Shown here piece by piece: positions 9,685 to 17,268 of a stretch of 23,240 bases of DNA (position 1 is its first letter; each line of letters begins with the position of its first letter). The stretch comes from Promethearchaeota archaeon (GTDB lineage: Archaea; Asgardarchaeota; Lokiarchaeia; Sigyniarchaeales; SOKP01). A program made the position numbers and the translations under genes. Location of the stretch: assembly GCA_019058015.1 (NCBI GenBank), contig JAHLWH010000083.1:1-23240 (forward strand), read 5' to 3'. The notes beneath the pieces are model-generated. The model was given only the letters and a program-made list of their open reading frames with translations, was not told where the DNA came from and did not search any database.

Positions 9685-10212
9685 ATGTCAAGTTCATGGA
9701 TATTTAAAGTAATAGTAGCTGGTGCTGGTGGTGTGGGAAAAACAGCACTGGTTACAAGATATTGTACTGGAAAATTTATAGAAGATCATAAGATGACAAT
9801 CGGGGCTGCATTTTATACTAAAGAAGAGAAATTAGATACAGGCGAACAATGCAAAATGCAACTCTGGGATTTTGCAGGAGAGGAAAGATTTAGAAGTTTA
9901 TTATCTGATTATTGCAAGGGAGCAAGTGGTGCTTTTATTTGTTTTGATGTCACTGATTATGATACATTTAGGCAGCTACCTGAATGGCTAACAATCATTA
10001 GAAAAACCGCGGGTTTTATTCCAATTATTTTACTAGGAATGAAATGGGATCTACCTAATCATGAAATTGATATTGAAACTGCTCAAAAATACGCTGAACA
10101 AGCCAAATGTAATCAATCTGTTTTTACTTCCTCAAAGATGGAATTAAATATTAATGAATCATTTCAAGCGATGGCAAAATGGTTGATTTACTATGCCTCT
10201 CTTGAAAAATAA
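9685..10212 (+). CDS. Ras/Rab-superfamily small GTPase
   Basis: G1 GAGGVGKT, switch I MTIGAAF, G3 WDFAGEERF, G4-like GMKWDL, G5-like TSSK; no C-terminal prenylation Cys. Confidence 0.9.
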   Translation: MSSSWIFKVIVAGAGGVGKTALVTRYCTGKFIEDHKMTIGAAFYTKEEKLDTGEQCKMQLWDFAGEERFRSLLSDYCKGASGAFICFDVTDYDTFRQLPEWLTIIRKTAGFIPIILLGMKWDLPNHEIDIETAQKYAEQAKCNQSVFTSSKMELNINESFQAMAKWLIYYASLEK

Positions 10213-10324
10213 TTCAAGTCTTATCTATTCATCTCTAAAACTAGGAAAATAAGAATTAACTTGTAAAAATAAAATTTTAAAATCAAAGAGATATTAAAAA
10301 GATCATTAAAATTAAAAAAAGATT

Positions 10325-10447
10325 GCCTCAGTAGCTCAGTCGGTAGGGCATCGTTAAATATGGTGTGCCAAAAGCACTCGGCTGTTAAATAATTTAACAG
10401 ATTGTACAGCCACCGAGCGGTCACATGTTCGATCCATGTCTGGGGCG
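10325..10447 (+). tRNA. tRNA-Asn(GTT) with two introns
   Basis: Acceptor GCCTCAG/CTGGGGC with G73; T-arm ACATG-TTCGATC-CATGT; anticodon stem CTCGG/CCGAG around CTGTTA|A. Intron at 37/38 = 10388..10411 with BHB CTGT/ACAG, bulges TA^A and CC^A, inner helix ATAAT/ATTGT. A second 24-26 nt intron lies in the D-loop/position-26 region. Confidence 0.85.
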
Positions 10448-11532
10448 CTTTTTTTTATTTTGCTTTTCATTTTGTTTTGTTTTTAAAATCTTTAAAAAAA
10501 TATCAATATCTTTATCTTTAAGAAACTGTTTTGCTTCTCTATAATTTTTTGGGCCATTTGGACCAAATATTTCTTTTATTATTCTATTTATTGTTGGACC
10601 AGAGATGTTATATTTTTTTTTTAAATCCTTCTTTAGGATCTTATTTTTTATATCAGTTAGAAACTCTTTCTTATTAGATATTTATTTATCTTTCCACCTC
10701 TTTTCCGCTGCTTTAAGCATCTTTTCTTTAAATTCGGGAGTTTCTCTTACTTTTTTCTGCTTTTTTTGATATTCTTTATCTTTCCACCTCTTTTCCACCC
10801 CTTTACTTACTTTTTCTCGATGTTCTGGATCTTTCCACTTATTTTCCTTTCCTTTTCTATGTTTTTCTTTAAATTCGGGAGTTTCTCTTACTTTTCTCTG
10901 ATTTTTTTGATATTCTTTATCTTTCCACTTCTTTTTCATTCCTTTACTCACTCCGTTGCTTACTTTTTCTCGATGTTCTGGGTCTTTCAACTTCTCTTCC
11001 ATTGCTGTACTCACTCCTTTACTTACTTTTCGTTGATGTTCTGGGTCTTTCCACTTCTCTTCCATATATTTTTTTATTTTTTCTTTTACTTCTGGTCGTA
11101 ATTTTCCGCCCTCTCCACCATCACTCATATTATAACCTTTTTTGGGATTCATTGAATTATATTTCTTAATCCAATCCTTTTCTTTCTCATCTAATTCTTT
11201 TTGGTTATTTGCAGTATCAATTTTTTTAATAGAAAATGCTTTTCCCCATATTTTCTAATACTATTTTGCAAATGTGGAGAACTATAACTCTTATTTTTAG
11301 CATCTTTTATGTGTTCTTTCCATCTTTCTTCCCATTTTTTTCTTGTAGTTTGTCCAATATATACTTTTCCATTTACTGTGTTTGTTGCTTTATAAATATA
11401 TCCATAAGACTGTTCAAATTCTTTCTTTGGCTCTAAAAATTCATTTGAAACCTTATCTGTAAGGGCTTCTTTCTTGTTTTCCTCTTGCTTTATATTTACA
11501 TCTCTCCTTTTTTCAATCGCTTCCGAAGTCAT
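10421..11532 (-). pseudogene. GIY-YIG homing-type endonuclease with NUMOD3 repeats and C-terminal HTH, split by one frameshift and one in-frame stop
   Basis: 11191..11532 encodes YGYIYKATNTVNGKVYIGQT...SIRKYGEK. Adding one A in GGGGAAAA at ~11240 continues KAFSIKKIDTANNQKELDEKEKDWIKKYNSMNPKKGYNMSDGGEGGK. After TAA at 10682-10684 the same frame continues ISNKKEFLTDIKNKILKKDLKKKYNISGPTINRIIKEIFGPNGPKNYREAKQFL to a TGA at 10421-10423. Confidence 0.8.
10449..10456 (+). terminator. Oligo-T tract after tRNA-Asn
   Basis: TTTTTTTT directly 3' of the tRNA; archaeal terminators are commonly T-rich. Confidence 0.4.
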
Positions 11533-11546
11533 CTTATTCTTAATTT

Positions 11547-12888
11547 TTAATTATTTTTTACCTTTTTAAAATCCGAGTTTTCTTTATTTGATATGTTTTC
11601 GCTTCCATTCAATTCTTGCTTTTTTTGCTCTTGTTTCTCTTGGTTAGAAAGTAGGTTTTTTAATTCTTTAGCCTTTTCTTTTGAAATTTGCAATTCGTCT
11701 TTCAATTCTTCGCTTTTTTGTTTTTGTTTGAGCTCAATCTTTTTCTTTTCTAATACCTCTCCCTTTTTTACTCTTAATTTTTCATTATTTATTATTTCAG
11801 AGTGAGAAAAATTATCGTTAAATTCTGTTAATTGTTTCTCAATTTGTGCGTTTTCTTTTGTTAATTCTTTTAATTTTTTTTCATATCCTTCACGCGTTAT
11901 AATTCCGTTAAAAATTCCCTCTTGTAATTTCTTTATACTATGATCAATTAAATTGTTATTGTTGTTTCGTTGTTTTTCTAAATCATTAATTTTATTTGTA
12001 ATATCTTTAATTTCTTTGTACTTTTCTAAATGCTCCTTCGTCACTTTCTTTTTCTCAATCTCTTTCTCCTTCTCTTTCTTCGGTTCACTAATTTTTTTTT
12101 TTTCACTTGAAATATCTCGCTTATTTTTTGTATCTATATTTTTTGATTTTTTTTCCTTTATTTTTTCACTTTCTTTACTATCCTTTTCCTTAACTTTTTT
12201 TTGTTCTTTATGTTCTCGGTTAATATCTTTGGATTTTTTCTTTTCTTCCAAAATTTCTTCTTTAGATTTTGAAGTCTCTTTTCTCTTCTTCTCTTCAACT
12301 TTTGATTTTTCCTCTTTTACTTTTTCATCACTATTTTTAATAGGCTCTTTTTTTGTTTTATTTTCTACTTTTTCTGAGGTCTTATCAATTTTTTCTGAAT
12401 CATTTTTTGATTTAAATACTAATAGATTTTTATTATCGCCTTTAACTTTCTTTTTACTTTCAATACTATCCTTTGATATTTGCTCTTGAAGTTTCTTATC
12501 AAAATTTATTAAACTCTCTGAAGGGAGAGGTGTGATTCTAGTCTTTTTAACACTTCTTAGAAAATCCTCATAAGAAATTCTTCTATTACTCTCCTTAGCG
12601 TTATATAGATCAATATCCCCTGAATGCATATCAAAAGTATATTTATTTCCATTTATACCTTTATTTTTATCTGCTTTTGTATCTTCTATTAGTTGTTCTG
12701 GAGATCTTTCATCAAAATGTGGAAACTTTTTATAAGAGTAAGGCAAAATTCTCGTTTTTTTAAACGGTTTTCATAAATTCCTCATATGAAACATAGTTAT
12801 CACTAACTTCTTTCGAAGTGTCTGATTTCTTTTCACGTTTTTTATCACTCTTAGTATCTTTAAATATATTTCCGCTAATTCCACTCAT
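11547..12888 (-). pseudogene. Paralog of the 95..1528 coiled-coil gene with a +1-nt frameshift near its N-terminus
   Basis: 12888 ATG reads MSGISGNIFKDTKSDKKREKKSDTSKEVSDNYVSYEEFMKTV then TAA. One extra T in GTTT-AAAAAAA (vs GTT-AAAAAAA in copy 1) separates it from the 399-aa ORF ...MPYSYKKFPHFDERSPEQ. Confidence 0.7.
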
Positions 12889-13161
12889 TTTACATCAATA
12901 TGTCAATTTTTACAAATTTTATTTTATTGATGAACTCTAATTAAAAAAATTATAAATTGAAACTATTTAAATAAAAAAAGAGAGATTTGGTTATAAAATT
13001 CAATATCTAAATAATTTTTTAATTAAGTTATAACTTTAAATAAAGAATCTCCATAGTTCTTTGATAAAATCAAAATTATATCACTAACATTCGTAAGTAC
13101 CCAAAAGCTGCAATAATTTTCGATTTTTTTAAATAATAAGGATTAAAGAATAATATTTTTA

Positions 13162-13255
13162 TGCTCTCGCCGGGATTCGAACCCGGGTCACCAGGGTGAA
13201 AGCCTAGCATGCTTAGCCTCAATTTTAAAGTTTGGCCGAGCTACACTACGAGAGC
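13162..13255 (-). tRNA. tRNA-Glu(TTC) with 19-nt D-loop intron
   Basis: Acceptor GCTCTCG/CGAGAGC, anticodon arm CTAGG-CTTTCAC-CCTGG, T-arm CCGGG-TTCGAAT-CCCGG. Intron 13213..13231 with BHB GGCC/GGCT, bulges AA^A and AA^G. Mature length 75 nt. Confidence 0.9.
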
Positions 13256-13431
13256 AAATTTTTTTTTTTAATTAATTTATTGAAAAATATTAATAATAAA
13301 ATTAAAATTTATTTATGAGGTTTTTTCTTAAATTAAAAAAAACAAATTAAAAATTATCATAATATAAATATTTTAATGAAAAAATTATTTTCTATATAAT
13401 ATTATAGGAGTATAACTATAATTTGAAAAAT

Positions 13432-13533
13432 GCAGGGATCGCCAAGCCTGGTCAAAAAATAGTATTGATTAAAGGCGGTGGACTTAGGATTCACTCTCAT
13501 AGGAGTACGGGGGTTCAAATCCCCCTCCCTGCA
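13432..13533 (+). tRNA. tRNA-Leu(TAG) with 17-nt D-loop intron
   Basis: Acceptor GCAGGGA/TCCCTGC, anticodon arm GTGGA-CTTAGGA-TTCAC, extra arm, T-arm GGGGG-TTCAAAT-CCCCC. Intron 13456..13472 with BHB GGTC/GATT, bulges AA^A and AA^A. Confidence 0.9.
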
Positions 13534-13680
13534 AATTAAGAAAAGAAGGATATACAAAGATTTATCTAAAAGCATTATTGAAATTAAAATAACTTTAAAT
13601 TTTATAAAAATCAATATAATTTTAATAAAATAATCCACAAGAATTAAAAAAACAAGGAAATAGTTTGTATGGTTATATAA

Positions 13681-14682
13681 ATGAGTATTAGGGAATCATT
13701 AATTAAATATTTAACAGCGATTCTAAGATCTTCAAAAGAAACTTTGATGGTAATATTGTGTGATGAAAATGGATTATCAATCGCTCACATAGGCAGAAAA
13801 AGTGACCTTAAATTAGATGCTAATGTAATTACTGGACTTGCTTCAATATCTTTTTCTGCAAGTGAAGAAAATTGGAATGATTTGGGAATTAAAGACCAGA
13901 TTATTTCCTTTTCTTTTTTTAAAAAAGTTTGTTTAATTACAATTAGAATAAATCAAACATTATTAACTATAGTGCATAACTATAAAGGTGAATGGCCTTT
14001 AGATCCTGATAATCTTGCAAGTAGTACTTATCACTTAAAAAGAGAAATTGGTAATTTTTTTGGCGGATTTCCTAATTCAGAAAAGGATTTAGAAGAATTT
14101 TCTAATAAAGTTCGCAGTGCAATTTATTTATTTTCAATGGGAACAGAAATCTCTTTTACTTCATATAATAATGATAATTACAAGGACTTAGAGACGCTAC
14201 AAGCAATAGGAAATATTTTGGATTCAATTAAAAATCCGGTTTTTTCTAGATATAGTTTGGTGAATCTTTCTGGTTTAACTTTAGATGCAAGAGATGTATC
14301 TGATCAATCTTTACCCTTAACTATAGAAGCTTTCTCAGCAAATGCAAATGTTGGTTTCCAAAAAATGTTAGAAGAAACTCAAAATATTGCTTTGGGAAAA
14401 CTTTTATTATATATATGTATTTCTGGTCAAGATTCTGAATCTTTTTATGGAATTTTAGCATGTCATTCAGGAGAATTACAGTTTTCTGATGAAATTACAA
14501 AAGAATTAAATATACAAAATATTTCTTTTGTTGCTTTATTTCCTTTAACATTTGGCGGAATTCCAGTAATGGGGGAAGCACGAAATATTATATTTTCTAT
14601 ATTAGAAATAATAGGAACTAATGATATCACGGAACAATTAATAAATTCTATAAATATCATTACAAGTTCAAAATTCGAATAA
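13681..14682 (+). CDS. Roadblock/LC7-like domain protein
   Basis: 333-aa ORF; N-terminal LTAILRSSKETLMVILCDENGLSIAHIG...ISFSFFKKVCLITIRINQTLLTIV resembles roadblock/LC7. Confidence 0.5.
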   Translation: MSIRESLIKYLTAILRSSKETLMVILCDENGLSIAHIGRKSDLKLDANVITGLASISFSASEENWNDLGIKDQIISFSFFKKVCLITIRINQTLLTIVHNYKGEWPLDPDNLASSTYHLKREIGNFFGGFPNSEKDLEEFSNKVRSAIYLFSMGTEISFTSYNNDNYKDLETLQAIGNILDSIKNPVFSRYSLVNLSGLTLDARDVSDQSLPLTIEAFSANANVGFQKMLEETQNIALGKLLLYICISGQDSESFYGILACHSGELQFSDEITKELNIQNISFVALFPLTFGGIPVMGEARNIIFSILEIIGTNDITEQLINSINIITSSKFE

Positions 14683-14684
14683 AC

Positions 14685-15140
14685 TTAATTTTTAGTTAGG
14701 CCTTCGAAATTTAATTTTAAAAATTCAGTTCCCCAAGAAAATTTCGAGAGAAGTAATTTTGCGAATGGTTTAAATCCTATAATGTACAAAGCTGCGGCTA
14801 GTGCTTCAACAGAACTTAATTTTTCCCATTTACCATAATTTACCGGATTTGTTGCGATTAGTGGGGGTAGTTTTCTTTTATTTTTAAATTTTAAAGTTGT
14901 AATATTTAAAATATTTTTCCAGGAGCAATCAATTACTGTAATTCCATACTTAATCACCAAATTAATATCTTTTTCTGATAATAATCTTTCTGCAAAGGGG
15001 TCTAAAAGAATAGAATTTTTCATTTTATTAATTACAATATTAGAGGTTGTTACTAAACCGAATTTTTTTAGTTTTAGTGAAGTACATTTTGTGGGGTCGC
15101 ATTCATTAAAATGTAATGCAAAGAGTTTGATTTTGTTCAT
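14685..15140 (-). CDS. tsr3: Tsr3-like rRNA aminocarboxypropyltransferase
   Basis: CDPTKCTSLKLKKFG, GITVIDCSW, LPPLIATNPVNYGKWEKLSSVEALAAALYIIG, FSWGTEFLKLN. Confidence 0.85.
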   Translation of the reverse strand: MNKIKLFALHFNECDPTKCTSLKLKKFGLVTTSNIVINKMKNSILLDPFAERLLSEKDINLVIKYGITVIDCSWKNILNITTLKFKNKRKLPPLIATNPVNYGKWEKLSSVEALAAALYIIGFKPFAKLLLSKFSWGTEFLKLNFEGLTKN

Positions 15141-15199
15141 TTGTAAAAAAAAGTTGAGATATTTATTTATGTAAAAATAAAAAATTAAAAAAAATATAT

Positions 15200-16831
15200 T
15201 TAATCCATATCCGGGGGCATTTGTGGACCACCAGCTCCTGCTTTCATTCCACCTGAGGCAGCTATTACATCATCTATTTTTAAAATCATCGATGAAACTT
15301 CTGTTGCAGATTGGATAGCTTGCATTAAAACCACTAAAGGTTCAATTACACCCTCTTCGATCATATTGCTTGGTTTTCCAGTTTGAATATTCACACCTAT
15401 TGCTTTACCATCGGGGGTATCATGTTTCGCCCTTAATTCAACTAATAAATCAACTGGATCAAATCCTGCATTTTCTGCTAAAGTAGTTGGGACAACCTCT
15501 AAAGAATAAGCATATGCTTCTATTGCTAATTGTTCTCTACCACCAATAGTTGTGGCAAAATCCCTTAATTGTTTTGATAATTCTATTTCCGAAGATCCGC
15601 CACCTCCTAAAATATATGGATTATTTATTATATTTCTTACAACACATAAAGCGTCATTTAATGTCCTTTCTGCTTCATCCACAACATGTTCAACACCCCC
15701 TCGAATTAAAATACTTACAGCTTTTGGATCTGAACATTCTGAAACAAAAATCATATTGTCAGTACCAACTTTTTTTTCTTCTACCAATCCAGATGCTCCA
15801 AGATCTTCTGAAGAAAGTTCAACAAGATTGGTTGTAATCTTAGCTTTTGTAGCTCTTGATAATTTTTCCATATCTGAACGTTTTACTCTTCTAATTGCAA
15901 TTATATTTTCTCTTGCTAAAAGATTCTGAGCTTTATCATCAATTCCTTTTTGACAAAAGATTACACTTGCTCCTGAATTAACAATTGCAGATACTTTTCT
16001 TTTTAGCATATTTTCTTCTTCCTCAAGAAAACGAGTTATTTGATCTGGTGATTGAATTTTAATTTCAGCATCGAATTCAGTCTTTTCAATTTCTAAAGGA
16101 GCATCGATTAGAGCTATTTTTGTATTTTTTAAGCTCTTAGGCATCATTGGGTGTACTATTTCTTTATCAATGATCAATCCGTTGATTAATTCAGTATCTG
16201 ACAGACTTCTTCCTTCTTTTTTAATTATTTGAATTTGATCTATATCAATTATTTTTAAGTCTCCTCTAAGATCAATAATTTGGAGTACAGATTTGACAGC
16301 AATTTCTGCAAAATGCTCCCTCGCTCCCACTATTGATTTACTATTCATTGCTGTTATTGCAGCCTGTTTTAATATTTTTTTATCGGAACTATCTACCTTT
16401 TCTGCAATTTCTTTTAATATATCTTTACTTTTGATTAGAGCTTTTCTATATCCTCTCAAAATAATTGTTGGATGAACTGATTGATCAATCAATTCCAGTG
16501 CTGATTTTAGAAGTGATCCTCCAATTATTACACTTGTTGTTGTTCCATCTCCGACTCTTAAATCTTGAGTTTTTGCAATTTCTATCATCATTTTAGCTGC
16601 TGGATGCTGTACATCTATTTCATCGAGTATTGTAGCCCCATCATTAGTGATTGTTACATCTCCTAAAGAATCAACTAACATTTTATCCATTCCTTTTGGA
16701 CCTAATGTCGTTCTTATTGCTTCAGATACAGCTATAGAAGCAGTTATATTATTTTTCTGCGCATTTCTTCCCTGTCTTCTTTCAGTGCCTTCTTTTAAAA
16801 CAATTACTGGAACTCCTGAGAATTGTACCAT
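15200..16831 (-). CDS. Thermosome subunit (group II chaperonin)
   Basis: [57 protein letters not shown]. Confidence 0.97.
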   Translation of the reverse strand: MVQFSGVPVIVLKEGTERRQGRNAQKNNITASIAVSEAIRTTLGPKGMDKMLVDSLGDVTITNDGATILDEIDVQHPAAKMMIEIAKTQDLRVGDGTTTSVIIGGSLLKSALELIDQSVHPTIILRGYRKALIKSKDILKEIAEKVDSSDKKILKQAAITAMNSKSIVGAREHFAEIAVKSVLQIIDLRGDLKIIDIDQIQIIKKEGRSLSDTELINGLIIDKEIVHPMMPKSLKNTKIALIDAPLEIEKTEFDAEIKIQSPDQITRFLEEEENMLKRKVSAIVNSGASVIFCQKGIDDKAQNLLARENIIAIRRVKRSDMEKLSRATKAKITTNLVELSSEDLGASGLVEEKKVGTDNMIFVSECSDPKAVSILIRGGVEHVVDEAERTLNDALCVVRNIINNPYILGGGGSSEIELSKQLRDFATTIGGREQLAIEAYAYSLEVVPTTLAENAGFDPVDLLVELRAKHDTPDGKAIGVNIQTGKPSNMIEEGVIEPLVVLMQAIQSATEVSSMILKIDDVIAASGGMKAGAGGPQMPPDMD

Positions 16832-17268
16832 TTTTTTTCCCTTTATTAATATTAATTTCGATATTTTATATTTATAGAACTCTATGTCATAAAAATATTT
16901 CCTTTTTTTAAAAGATTGTAAGGGTTAATGAGATTATTCTATTTTTTTAGAAAATTTTACAAAAGCAATGTTGAAAAAATAGTTTTTGTTGTAATTAATC
17001 AATATTTTCGATTGGTTTATGATTAACTTGTCATTCTTTAATATTTAAAGATTAGTCTTAAAGAAGAATCAGTTTTGACTTATCTTTACTAATTAAAAGA
17101 TCAGTATTTTTAAAATAAAAAGATTTTAGATGATTAGTAAACCAGTTGCAAAAGTTAAAAAACGAAATAATGATTAAAAATTACAGTTCTTCTGAGATAA
17201 GGTTAAATTAAAAGAAATCTGAATTTATGGTTTAGTATTTAAATTTAATATCCAAATTTTTTTTTGAA

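Noticed and set aside
10766-12489. Plus-strand ORFs 10766, 11236, 11593 and 11953
   Set aside because: Phe/Ser-rich shadows of the minus-strand endonuclease and coiled-coil frames.
1519-12888. Reading all four lesions as programmed recoding
   Set aside because: The three frameshifts are single-nt changes at homopolymers and the fourth is a nonsense codon, all in accessory genes. Decay or residual sequencing error is simpler without read data.
13402-13638. 78-aa minus-strand ORF (MDYFIKII...GDLNPRTPMR...)
   Set aside because: Passes through the antisense of tRNA-Leu; GDLNPRTP is a typical tRNA-derived translation.
15550-16877. Plus-strand ORFs inside the thermosome gene region (15550, 15552, 16293, 16647)
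   Set aside because: Antisense to a strongly recognisable chaperonin gene.
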